In this document: positions 13,877-26,960 of the stretch, one piece after another
Numbering within the stretch: position 1 is the first letter of the stretch
Layout of the letters: each line of letters begins with the position of its first letter
Source: Octopus vulgaris
Taxonomy: Eukaryota
NCBI GenBank assembly: GCA_951406725.2
Contig: OX597817.1
Coordinates: 142,662,001-142,726,000 of the forward strand
Length of the DNA stretch: 64,000 bases
Reading direction: 5' to 3'
Notes under the pieces: generated by a model
What the model saw: the letters and a program-made list of their open reading frames with translations, nothing else
Told to the model about the DNA's origin: nothing
Databases searched by the model: none
Made by a program: the position numbers and the translations under genes

Positions 13877-13965
<89 letters not shown>

Positions 13966-14956
13966 AATGCATATAGATGTATGTGTATGTGTCCCTATCC
14001 AGGTTTTCTGGATTCTATGCCATGACGTGCCAAATACACGCCATTTTCTATAGCCTAGTGCCAACCCATATCTTACAATGGTGGGAATTGCGTACAAGAT
14101 TATCATCGGATCTAATTAGAAAAGCATAGCCTTGCTACATACTGCGTTACATTAGCTGTAGCAGAGAATCTCGTTTGTGGTGTTACGTCCCTATGAAAAA
14201 TTCAGCCATATACAGGCTAATTCAAAAGACAACGAATTTCCTTGATCGAGCAACTGGATATTCGTCGTCGAAACCGACAGAGATCCACCGTCAAACACAC
14301 ACAAACACACAAACACATACACAAACACAATACATGAGTACGTAGTTACATGTATATAAGTACCTATGTATGAATATATTCAAGTGTATTACATGGCAAA
14401 ATTCAACATATCTCCCAACATTCCAATTTTTAAAGATTCCATTTCATATTAATTGCAGATAAATTACATTGATGTAGCTAGGAATATAATGAGACTTCAG
14501 GAAAATAACTTTATTTGTTTATAGCTTTATATCATGCCTTTTTATCTATGTGTATAAATTTATTGAATTGTCAAATATCTCTAGCTATTTTCAAATAATT
14601 CAAACGTACAACAAATAAAGAATATATAAGGCTTTTTAAAAATCAATAAACCAAAGACTAATAAATCTTCAATATGATTTCAGTTTGGATTTTCTGCTAC
14701 AAGAACCTAGAATGAGAGTAGAGATAACGATATGCTTGGTTGTTCTATATCGCCATCCATTATCTGTGTATACAGCTGTAAGTACATACAGCGGTAGATA
14801 ACTATATATATATATGTGTGTGTGTGTGTGTTTGTGTGTGTATTTATATATATATGTATGTATGTATGTGTATATATATATATATATATGTATGTATATA
14901 TATATATATATGTATGTATGTATATATATATGTATATATATGTATATATATGTATA

Positions 14957-15009
<53 letters not shown>

Positions 15010-15010
15010 A

Positions 15011-15054
<44 letters not shown>

Positions 15055-15118
15055 ATCATTGATTTTAAATTATCCATGTAAATATATGTAGTAAAATTGT
15101 TATTTACATACTGAAACG

Positions 15119-15183
<65 letters not shown>

Positions 15184-15441
15184 CCAGACATACGTTTAAG
15201 ATATCTATATCTACATAGGTAAATTTATATGCATGTACAATCATATAATTATATTAACGAAAAATATGTACCTACAAATACTCTAGAAATGACACCAGCA
15301 AATGTAAGCTAACATCTTTAAACTCCATCTTTATACGCTCCAGCGTATATTTAATCATAAATGCTTACACACACACACACACACACACACACGCACGCAC
15401 ACACATGCACGCACATATGTATATAGATACATAGACAGACA

Positions 15442-15479
<38 letters not shown>

Positions 15480-15483
<4 letters not shown>

Positions 15484-15635
15484 GCAGGCGTGGCTTTGAC
15501 GCAAGAAGCTTGCTTCCCAACCACACGGTTCGGGGTTCAGTCTCACTTCGTGGCACTCTGGACAAATGTCTTCGAGCCGATTAAGGTCTTGTGTGTGGAT
15601 TTGGTCCACGGAAACTGAAAGAAGCCCGTCGTATA
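15480..15635 (+). mobile_element. SINE family B head
   Basis: AAGAAGCTTGCTTCCCAACCACACGGTTCGGGGTTCAG..GGAAACTGAAAGAAGCCCGTCGTAT. Confidence 0.9.
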
Positions 15636-15842
15636 TGAATATATATATATATATATATTAAAAATTCTATAAATATAAACATAATTATAATTAGGCTTCA
15701 GCAAAAATTGCTTCACCACATACCGAAATTTAGAAATAGCAGTTAAATACTATTCCTCTACCATAAGATATCTCCCTGACAACAACACTCTTATTTTACG
15801 TAGGCAAAAAGAAAAAATAACGAATCTACACGACTTTGATTA

Positions 15843-16471
15843 ACTACAGATGCGTTTCGGGATTAAAGAGATGTAAAATTCATATTTACTCACTTATTGG
15901 GTTGTCAGGAAAGTTCGTGCCGCTTTATAGTAGCTTACCTTTCGACTTATTTTAGAACATGGTTGAGACCATAAAATAGGATTTGACTGCACCTCCATTT
16001 GGAGCACAGTTTAAGCTATATTTTCGTGGAAGAAGGTTTATGTTCCTATAACCTGTGTTAAGTCTGTAACCCTTTAAAATGGAAGATAAGTAAGTTCACT
16101 TTCGGCACTTGATGCTTTGGGAACCAGACAAAAATTGCTGCAGCTCGGCTGGGATGTGTTACCTCACCCTACATATTCACCAGATATTGCTCCTTATTCA
16201 GGTCTCTGCAGAATATGTCTTAATGGTAAAAATTTCAATTACTTGGATGACGTAAAAAGATACCTTGCTGAATTCTTTGCCATGAAACCACCTCAATTCT
16301 GGGAAGAGGGTATTTTCAAGTTAAAGGAAAGATGGAGAGGCATTATGCCACAAAATGGTTCATATTTGGTTGATTAAAAATGTAATGGCATGTATGTATT
16401 TACCCTTTTCTTTCCTTTAAAAATCGACACGAACTCTCCGCACAACCCAATATTTCCATCTTCAGTGTAGT
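15843..16471 (-). ncRNA. Type I hammerhead motif interrupted in loop II by a mariner insertion
   Basis: Removing 15897-16452 restores ACTACA-CTGAAGA-TGGA...TCCC-GAAAC-GC-ATC-TGTAGT with a perfect 6-bp stem I. Confidence 0.7.
15897..16450 (+). mobile_element. Internally deleted mariner DNA transposon
   Basis: TIRs TTGGGTTGTCAGGAAAGTTCGTGCCG / CGACACGAACTCTCCGCACAACCCAA, TA on both sides; MEDK*VHFRHLML fused to LGWDVLPHPTYSPDIAP..FWEEGIFKLKERW (YSPDL-type motif). Confidence 0.95.
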
Positions 16472-16534
16472 ATTCCAATATACAAGTTTGAAAGTATTTA
16501 ATAATTAAACACGCATTCAACCAAGCCTTTCAGC

Positions 16535-16642
16535 CATTCGGGGGTCAATAAATTAAGTAGCAGTTGCGTACTGGGGTCGATCTAATCGACTGCCACCCCT
16601 CTCCCGAGATTTCGGATCTTGTGCCTAGAGGAGAAAAGAATA
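16535..16642 (+). mobile_element. SINE family A 3' fragment
   Basis: GGGGTCAATAAATTAAGTAGCAGTTGCGTACTGGGGTCGATCTAATCGACT..GTGCCTAGAG. Confidence 0.8.
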
Positions 16643-17038
16643 TTCAGAGGCTTAACCATATATAACATGAAATCTAAGGCATGCATGTTCGGGTCTCTAA
16701 AAAGAAACAAGGCGGCTACAAAACCGGTTTTATCTCCCTGTCGACTGGCAAAATGGGAAGCAATTCCGTTTCAATTCTTATTGGAGTTTCATTAGACGGA
16801 GAATATTTATCTTGTGATCTCATGGAGAAATTATTAACTTACATCTATGTATCATACAAAATGATAACATTGATTGGTTAACTTGCATAATCGTACGTGA
16901 GATGACGAGTAAAATAATTAATTTGTAGAGCTACACAAATTGTGCTTGGATGATGTGGTTTGAAATAGACTTCTTGAGATTATTAAACAATCTGATTACG
17001 CCACGTGGCTAATCATTTCAGTGGGAGTATATTGCATC

Positions 17039-17085
17039 AATTTGACTAGTTTCGGGTCTTGTTAGAGCTTCATCAGTAGAAAATT
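17039..17085 (-). ncRNA. Minimal hammerhead motif
   Basis: Minus: CTGATGA-A-GCTCT-AACA-AGACCC-GAAAC-TA-GTC; canonical core and GUC triplet, stem I poorly paired. Confidence 0.6.
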
Positions 17086-17217
17086 ACTGATTTTCTGTAC
17101 GCTGAGTGATTATTAGCTTATAATTATATATTTCTTATTGAAAAACTCTGTATAGAGCAGTGTTGTGCAGTATTATTTACTTGATTACACACATACCGAA
17201 ATACACATATACACGCA

Positions 17218-17265
<48 letters not shown>

Positions 17266-17626
17266 GTGTGTGTATGTGTGTGTGCAGACAAGTATCACAT
17301 ACTTCCAGGCCTTTCTATCATATACAGTATTTGAAAATCAAAGTACTGTGAACCCGGATGAGTAAATGTGAATAAATCTTTTAAAAATACAGAATGCGTT
17401 TTCATTTCTTAAAGCTCCAGCTTGTGTCAAATAACATATACATAGAGAGACATGCATACAGACACAAATGTATATTCCAGCATAGTAAATACAATCATAA
17501 ACAATCGTATACGGGGCATATATAGAGCATATATAGATTCAATGGAATACATCTAACACATGTAGACAAACGCAAACACACTCACATACACACATATGTA
17601 TACAAATTTACATGCATAGGGAACGC

Positions 17627-17800
17627 GTTCTGTTCTTGAGCAAAACACTTCATTTCATGTTGCTCCAGTCCACTCAGCTGGCAAAAATGAGTAAAGCTGG
17701 GATGGACTGGCGTCCCGTCCAGCTGGGGAGCACATACGCCATAGAAACCGGGAAACCGGGTCTATGAGCCTGGCTAGGCTTTAAAAGGGCGCATTTATTT
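17627..17800 (+). mobile_element. 5'-truncated SINE, family C-related body with V-SINE-like motif and (ATTT)n tail
   Basis: TTGCTCCAGTCCACTCAGCTG..AAATGAGT and GATGGACTGGCGTCCCGTCCAG; related to 55128-55370. Confidence 0.7.
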
Positions 17801-18783
17801 ATTTATGCCTTTGTGAGAATCTGGATAAGATAGGATTTTCAGAAAAAAGATTTCAGCGAACTCGCACGTTGTATTTATAATCTATAAGTGGAACGGTAAA
17901 AATAAACAAGATTTTTATCAAGATTAAAATGTGTTGTGGTTAGAGTCCGACACCCTTTGACGAAAATAGACGGGGCCACTACATATGAATAGTAGTGACC
18001 TGATGTAGTCGGCAGTTTGTAGTTTCGTCTCCGAAGTCCAGGTATAGTTTACAGTTCAAGTCAGTGTGTTGGAAATATTGATTGTTGGTTCGTTGTGTTT
18101 GTTACTGGTGCTATTTCTATTTTGTATTGTTATAACACTGTTATAGTGTATTCTTTATCTGCCTTCAACAATATTAACCGTACTACGATATTGGCGGCGT
18201 AAGGATATAACAAAATGTGACATTGTTTTCGTTATCTACATTCCAGAGATGGAGCATTGTATCTTTATTAGAAACCAGCTTCTTGAGACGAAGAATTCAA
18301 ACTATTAAAAACAGAAGAGGGTATACAAACATACTTACATAATACTTACATATATATCTACATACATCCTTACATACGTACATACGTCTATACTTACACT
18401 ATATACGTATATACTTACACTAATGCTTGCATACAAATCTACAATCCTACATACGCACATACATATATGTACATATATCGGAAAAACGACTACAGCCACG
18501 AACAAAGATTGATCCATTCCAGCTGTAACACAAGCGAGAAATGTTCATAAACCTATAAATTGCATTGTTGATGTTGTTCCCGTTGTTGTTGATGATGTTG
18601 ATGTATAGTATTTTGACGTGTTTACATCCATCTTGTGATATATGTTACACAATGTAGTAATCATAGAAAATAACAACGCATACAATGGCGGCTTCCTTTT
18701 TCAGATTAACTCCATCTCTGTCTGTCTGTCGGTCTATCTCTCCCTGTCTACCATTGTACTCTGTCTATCTGTCTGTTTGTCTT

Positions 18784-18820
<37 letters not shown>

Positions 18821-18834
18821 TAGCCTCTCACTCC

Positions 18835-18889
<55 letters not shown>

Positions 18890-19729
18890 GGTAGTTCAGT
18901 AAAATGCTAAATTCACGCAGTCCAGATATATCTTATTACTCTCGTCTCTCTCTCCTACAATGTACATCTCTCCTAAAAGAAAAAGAACAAATAAAATTTA
19001 TATGAAAGATTTACACATGAATACGCATATACACCCTTTGCAAATATTATATGCAGGATAAAAGATATGAAATAAAACAATATATAACATGACTTCTCAT
19101 ATTTCTTTACCACACATGGAATAATTGCGTATCGTGTTAAGAAGCGTGTCATAAGTTTGGATATCAAACAAGCCTTTGAGAAAGTCAAATGCAATGATTT
19201 CTGAGTTTAGTTGATTTCAAAAGAAAATGGCGGAAAGCTGTTTAACAGGGATATCTATCTGTGTCATCGCTGTTTTTGATAACTCTTCCGGTTCATCAAG
19301 CATCAACGCTTTCCTTTCAATAGGTGATTGTGTCAATGTCTATGAATATAGGTTCTAGCTGTAGCAGCTAGTAGTTTTATACTATCTCAGTGTTGGTGTT
19401 GGTGTTGGTGGTGTTGATGGTGGATGGAGATATCAATTTCATTTGCGACAAAGCCTCAGAAATATTCCAATTTATGTAGGAAGTTTCCAGCTTGCTAGAA
19501 CAGCGAGAATCGCTGGAACTAAAACTATTCGAATGTTATATATATTTGAAGCTCGCACCCTAGACTGCTTTAAATATATCTTCATAAGCACAGACTTGGC
19601 TGGATAAGATGGCGTTCCAACAACATTGTTTACGAAGACCGACAGGATAAGTAACGCATTTAGAAAAAGCATTGTGGTCGACCTGTTTGATTACAATTCT
19701 TGAAGGGAGTATGTGTGCATGTATGTATA

Positions 19730-19949
19730 CTCTTTTACTTGTTTCAGTCAATTCACTGCGGCCATGCTGGAGCACCGCCTTTAGTCGAACAAATCGACCT
19801 CAGGACTTATTCTTTGTAAACCTAGTACTTATTCTATCGGTGTCTTTGCCAAACTGCTAAATTATCGGGATGTGAACACACCAGCATCGGTTGTCAAGCG
19901 GTGTTGGGGGGAGACAAACACAGATACACAAACATATACACGCACATAC

Positions 19950-20001
<52 letters not shown>

Positions 20002-20154
20002 CGGGCTTCTTTCAGTTTCCGTCTACCAAATCCACTCACAAGGCTTTGGTCGGCCCGAGGCTATAGAAGAAGACCCAAGGTGCCACGCAGTGGGAGTGAA
20101 CCCGGAATCATGTGGTTGGTAAGCAAACTACCTTCCACAAGACACTCCTGTGCC
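19730..20154 (-). mobile_element. Full-length SINE family B with internal (AT)/(ATAC) microsatellite
   Basis: Head 20001-20154, microsatellite about 19930-20000, 3' half ending GCTCCAGCATGGCCGCAGTGAATTGACTGAAACAAGTAAAAGAG. Confidence 0.92.
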
Positions 20155-20284
20155 AATGTATGTATGTATGTATGTGTGTGTGTATATATATATATATATG
20201 TATTTATATATATATATATATATACCTGTGTGTGTGTGTGTATGTGCATGTGCGCGCGCGCGGTGTGTGTATAAATATAATAAC

Positions 20285-20617
20285 AGGGTAAAGATTTCCT
20301 TCGGCCATTCGTGACCATGGCATTGCACCTAGAACATTCCCCTCTGAGGTACAAGTTTGGGCTCATTTGTTTATGGAAGACCAGCAGTCACCCATGCACA
20401 CCATCCTCCCCTCTCCGCGCCATCGATGGTATTCAAAAGAAAAGGCAAAGGCGATACAGCTTGTCACCAGTGATGTCGCAACTCATTTCTACAGCTGAGT
20501 GAACTGGAGCAACGTGAAATAAAGTGCCTTGTTCAACAACACAACTCACAGCCCAGTCAGAGAATCGAACTGATTACCTCATGACTGTGCGCCCGACACT
20601 TTAACCAGTGTGCCATC
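20285..20617 (-). mobile_element. tRNA-derived SINE family C
   Basis: Minus head ATGGCACACTGGTTAAAGTGTCGGGC..AGTTCGATTC; body TGCTCCAGTTCACTCAGCTGTAGAAATGAG. Confidence 0.8.
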
Positions 20618-20997
20618 GTAAATATAATTAACCGTTCGCCGTATTTTGGTTATGGAAAATAATCTAATACTGGAGCATACAAGCTCTTGTGGGGAAAATA
20701 GATAAGTACGTGATGAAATCCAACCCACACCAGGTATTTTCACGAGAAGTGCGCTGACTGATTACATCAACTTATCCCTTAGTCTGTTTCTTTTAAATTT
20801 AGAACCTATACTTTTACAGTGGTGTGTAGTGTGTAAATAAACAAATATGCGGATTCTGCGTACGTTATGAAGCCTTGACGAGAGAAAATTATGTAATTAA
20901 TAATTATAAGCCTATAATTATATTTTCAGGATTTTCACTCGTCACCGCTTCTTAGCATATGCATTCTGTGTCCATAATGTATATGCGCGTCTGTGTG

Positions 20998-21060
<63 letters not shown>

Positions 21061-21812
21061 GCATACATATATACATACATATATACATGGCAGTCGCTAT
21101 ATTTCATTCCACAACGACTATCTCTAACGAGAGCAGGGTTACATAATCGGACTGTCACTTAACACTCGTTGAACCCCTAGTGCAAAACTGATTGATAAGA
21201 TCCGCCGTAATGCATATATAATACTGTACACTTCGATTAATATATATAGAGAGATTTATGCATGTGTGTGCGCGCGTGTTTGTATATGTGTGTGTGTGTG
21301 TGTTTTATATAAAGCAATTGAGATGTTTCACTAAATATGAAGTCCAAATACCAATGTACCATTTTTCTGGCATCGAGCTGCAGTCAGTCTCGAATGACCC
21401 AATGTATTTTCTTGTGTACCCAAAAATTATGGTGCTATAATTCATAGATGCATCAAAAGGTCGCTAAGCTGCAAATTCGTTAGTATCTAAAATATACAAA
21501 ACATAATGTCGGACGTTTATATGAGATTTATATGGTTTAACGGATTTATCACTGCTGCCCGTTTAGCGAAAGCTCGTTGGATGAAAGGGAAATTCGTGTG
21601 CTGTATGGAGTCTAGTTATACTTCTATGTATATTTGTAAGTACTTGACTCTTAAAAATCATGAATTGTGTATTTGTATTGGATACATTTATGATATTTGC
21701 ATATAGTATATTATAAATTTATTCTTTGCATTTAAGTTATTTAAGTTTAGAATTTTCTTTCCAAAGGATTCTTAACCCAGTATTTACACGCTGCTATTTA
21801 TTTATGTCTATA

Positions 21813-22326
21813 TATCAGGTCACCCCATAAGTTCTATCCGATTTTACCTTTTTTAAAATTGATTGAAATTTAACAGTATTTTAGAATGTCTAATGGAATT
21901 ATAAATTATTTTTATGCATTTGTGTAAGAATTAAAACTTCTTTGATTAAAACCCTTTCTAACATGGAAGTAACCAAAGAGCATTTAAGGCACATAATGCT
22001 TTATGAGTACAAAAAAGGAAACTTTGCAGCCGAAGCGACTCGAAACATACACTCAGTTTATGGGAAAGAATACTTGAATGAAAGAACTTGTAGAAGATGG
22101 TTTGCAAAATTCTTTCGCAAGCCAGGAGGAGGTCGAAACTGACATTTCAGCGTTCTTCGCTTTGAAACCAAAAGAGTTTTACATTGATGGGATTAAAAGA
22201 TAGATGAAAGGAATTCATAGATAAACAGGGAAAGTACATTGATGATTAAATTTCAATTAAATATAACATTTGATCACGTGTTTTCTTTATTCATAATTCG
22301 GACAGAACTTATGGGATGACCTGATA
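21813..22326 (+). mobile_element. Internally deleted mariner DNA transposon (second family)
   Basis: TIRs TATCAGGTCACCCCATAAGTTCT / AGAACTTATGGGATGACCTGATA, TA flanks; MEVTKEHLRHIMLYEYKKG..RTCRRWFAKF (N-terminal HTH) joined to C-terminal FFALKPKEFYIDGI. Confidence 0.95.
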
Positions 22327-22734
22327 TATACTTCGAGTTCAAACGATAAAAATGAATTTCTTCACGTTCTCTCGTAACTTCTAAATTCTTATGATATAAA
22401 TAACCTGCAATTCTCACTGTTGAGACTGAATACTGGAATTTGTGCTTGTTATTATTGAACTAAATGTATCTCTGGGTATTTAGAATAAATTATTCTTTTT
22501 TTATTATTAAATGTATAAAGTTGCGTGTATATAAGGTTACTGAAAGAGAGAAATTCGAGGGGTTGCTTTATTAACAAAACCTCACTGATATTCACAGAAG
22601 AGGCGAGTTCGATTCCCATGGGCAATTGAGACCCTTTCTATACAAAGGGGCAAAGTTTTTTTAATCAAATATTTATATGATTTTGTTTTGTTAATTTTAA
22701 TTACTTCGAGTTGAACCGTTAAAAACGAATAATA

Positions 22735-22757
22735 TTTTTTTCTTTCTCTCATTACAG
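22735..22757 (+). promoter_or_regulatory. Candidate splice acceptor ahead of the 141-aa ORF exon
   Basis: Polypyrimidine tract TTTTTTTCTTTCTCTCATTACAG|G 130 nt upstream of the ATG. Confidence 0.55.
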
Positions 22758-22887
22758 GTAGTGGCATGGAAGAAAAAGAAAATATTTGAGGTCGGCGCTA
22801 ATGTGTGAAACTGTAATTATTTTTACCAAACTTTCGACATTTTGAAACCAAAGCCATTCTGGAGGATAACATTGAAAAGTCTTTAAC

Positions 22888-23313
22888 ATGGTCCAGTTAT
22901 TTTACTATGAAAGCAGGGGCAAATGTTGCCGGAAAGTGTTCAGTTATGAGGGCTATCCGACGAAAGTCCTACTTTACCCATATGAAGGGTGGGCTCAACC
23001 CGCTATGATCTCTTATTGGTTGCTGAAGACTTACTGGTGGAGTAGAACGCGGTGCAAGATAGTGGAGGTGACAGGCACCAAAAAGATGGCCACCAGGGGT
23101 AAAATGATCGACAAGGGAAACGGCGTTATGTGGATAACTGGCAAGTTTAAAGAGACTATCAATCCAGACTTTAAAATGGCTTTAACAACAAATGTGAGCA
23201 ACTCAGATTTCCAGCTTGGTTACAGTGTCACAGGAACGCTAGAAAGGGGAGATAAACGAAAGGGAGAGTTCCAGTTAACTCACTACGCAATGGTGAAACG
23301 AAAGGGATATTGA
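22888..23313 (+). CDS. Uncharacterised 141-aa protein, single coding exon
   Basis: Intact non-repetitive ORF, higher GC than flanks, Kozak-like AACATGG, globular composition, no transposon motif recognised, upstream acceptor, AATAAA at 23860-23865. Confidence 0.8.
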   Translation: MVQLFYYESRGKCCRKVFSYEGYPTKVLLYPYEGWAQPAMISYWLLKTYWWSRTRCKIVEVTGTKKMATRGKMIDKGNGVMWITGKFKETINPDFKMALTTNVSNSDFQLGYSVTGTLERGDKRKGEFQLTHYAMVKRKGY

Positions 23314-23530
23314 CGGACATCAAATTAACAACATTTACTGGGGTGGTGTATTATACACGCATAAAAACACATGCACACATCCATACATGCATATATATAT
23401 ATATATAAAAATATATGTATATATATTCATTAAATTTTAAACTTATTCCAGAGTAAAATGTCATAAAGCTACATAAATGCATATTTAACATTCACATATG
23501 CATTTGTCAAAAAGGAAACTAAAGTGTAAC

Positions 23531-23567
<37 letters not shown>

Positions 23568-23588
23568 ATAATATGTATATATATATAC

Positions 23589-23640
<52 letters not shown>

Positions 23641-23738
23641 GTATGGATATATACATATATATATATATATTTATATCTATACACATATATATGTACATAT
23701 ACATATATATCAGCACACACATATATACACATAGATAC

Positions 23739-23797
<59 letters not shown>

Positions 23798-23960
23798 GTT
23801 GTTGCTTGAAACAATATTTTCCATTGCTAACTCAAATATGTATATACATGTAAATAAGAAATAAATATATATATACATATCCTTACGAAACAAACATTAC
23901 ATAAATCATCTTCATGTAGAAAGACAAACTAATCGTGTATATATACAGACGTATATACAT

Positions 23961-24011
<51 letters not shown>

Positions 24012-24073
24012 TACATATGTATATATGTATGCATGCATATATGTATATATGTATGTAGGTATATATACATCTA

Positions 24074-24114
<41 letters not shown>

Positions 24115-24564
24115 CTGTGTATATATATCAAACACGCATACAAATCATTTGTGTACATTCTTCAGGCTAATATGTATATAAAGTAAAGTAAACAAATATA
24201 AATGAATTCGTTTCCTAAAGATAAGAAAACTGATTTTACCAAATATCAATAATATATTCTAGTAAATATCAAAAGCTTAGAACAAATATTTAAGAAATAC
24301 CAAATTTTACTAGCATCTGCACAATCGAGCTCTCCTCTTAATATGCAAAGTAAAAATTTTAAAAAAACGTATGTGCTTAATAACTCAAACTAAGATTTCA
24401 GCAGTTTCTGTGTTCTTCGAGTATTGTAAGGCAGTCATGTCAATAGATTCGCTTACAAATAGATGCATTAAAATTTTTAAAAAATAAATTAAACATGAAT
24501 ATATTTAATTGCCTGCCAACACCAGACGTTAAGTATGAATATATATGCATTCAGAATGACTCAT

Positions 24565-24577
24565 AATAATAACAGTG

Positions 24578-24655
<78 letters not shown>

Positions 24656-24690
24656 GTAACAATAAAGATTATGATAAGGATGATAATGAA
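24565..24690. repeat. (AAT)n microsatellite
   Basis: AAT run with degenerate edges. Confidence 0.95.
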
Positions 24691-24975
24691 AGTGGTTATG
24701 TACATTTATGCATATATAAGCGTAGTGGGAGTATGTATGTACGCCTGACCGCATGTATGTGTGTATGTATGCATGTATGTATTTATGTATGTATGTGTGT
24801 ATGTATGTATGTGAATGTGTGTGGGGGTATGTGTATGCGTGTATGTGAGCATGCATGTATATGTGAGAGGCTCTAAGATTTCTAATAGACTTATTCAAAA
24901 CAGAGAAATTATTTAGGCAGAGACATAACTCTATATGCATTCTTACATGCACGTGTATATATATATAAACTTATT

Positions 24976-25009
<34 letters not shown>

Positions 25010-25202
25010 GATAGATTTATATGTATATATATATGTTTATATATATATATATATATATATAAATATATATATATAAACCCGTGTGTGGGGGTTTGTGTGT
25101 ATATTCTATCCATTTGTATATGATTAGATAGGATAATGACTGACAAAGATAAGCATAAAGATTATAGGTAAGTTTGAGTCTACAAGCTTGAAATATAAAA
25201 CG

Positions 25203-25281
<79 letters not shown>

Positions 25282-25682
25282 ATATATAAATATACATATA
25301 TATGTATATATTATGTATGTATGTATGTTTGTATGTATATATATATGTATATATATGCGTGTATATATAAATATGTATATATATATGTATATAAATATAT
25401 GTATATATATATGTATGTATATATATGTGTGTCTGATTGTGCGTGTGTGTTGATATATGTATGAAGCTATTGGTGTATACATGTACACAGTAATGTGTGT
25501 GTGAAACTGTACTTAACTGTTGAAATCGTACCCAATCAACGAATTATTAATTAGCAGATTAGTTGAAGCAAGCTTATTGACAGTATATTTAATTGCATAT
25601 AGAGATATGTGTATGTAATGATGTATGTATATATATATGTGTGTATATATATATATATGCATATATGTTATGAATATGTATT

Positions 25683-25713
<31 letters not shown>

Positions 25714-25939
25714 CAACGACAGATTTGCGTGTGCGTCCGTGTTTCCGAGTGCCTGTGTGTATATATACTGAGATTTTCTAAAGCGGCATGACTCGTAACA
25801 CACGCACACATGCACATATATATGCATATATGTATGTACATTTATATATATATGTAGATGTATATATACATATATGCATATATTTATGTATATACATATA
25901 TACATGCATACATACATACATGTTATATATATGTATGTG

Positions 25940-25985
<46 letters not shown>

Positions 25986-26899
25986 GATATATATAAACAT
26001 ATACATATATATATATTTATATATATATATACATATATTCATATATATATACATATATTCATATATATATATATACACATATATATATATATATCGCATC
26101 ATAACTGCAATCGATACACTTGTGCACCGCTGTATAGTCTGACCCTTTCACATTGAAACATAAGAGACACGAACATTAGTTTCCAATTTGGCGTATATTG
26201 AAGAATACAATTTCGAAATGCTCCCTTAATGAAATGTGTTCTTGGAAATTCTCCATTTTTCCCAATTCTGGTCATAAAAATAAGCATGCTCCAATCCGAT
26301 CCACGTCCACCACATCGACTACAATGTTACGCTAAGTATTAGCGTCACACTGCATTCAATGTGTACACACCCTTCAATCGTAAGCGTGTATTTACACCTG
26401 TCCTCCGTGTTTGTTTCTCAATGACAGATACGGTTCGTATAACCTGAAGCATTTCATTTAATGGCCATTTTCAGAATTCCAGAAGCAATACGGAATTAAT
26501 TGTATTAGTATGGCATTTTGGCATTTTATTAAAGAAAAAAAATAACATTCACAGTTATTTCGTGGAAAGGAAACAGAACATTCGGTCTTTGTATGATATC
26601 CCTCCAGTTTTTAAAGGTTTTCTATTCTTTCTATGCTCAAAAAAAAAAATTAATGCAAAACTTCGAAGGAGAACGAAATGAATGAACATATGACAGTATT
26701 GGGTGTTTACTTAACAGGATCAATTGATTTGCATATATATATATACGTACATTCATACATATATATATGTGTGTGTATATACATATTTATGTATATGTAT
26801 ACATATACATTTATACATATATAGAAACACACACATATTTATATATATATATATACATATACTAATACATACATACATACATATATATACATATATATA

Positions 26900-26960
<61 letters not shown>

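Noticed and set aside
16117-16377. SETMAR-like domesticated gene
   Set aside because: It lies between TIRs with a TA duplication and a large internal deletion; a transposon relic.
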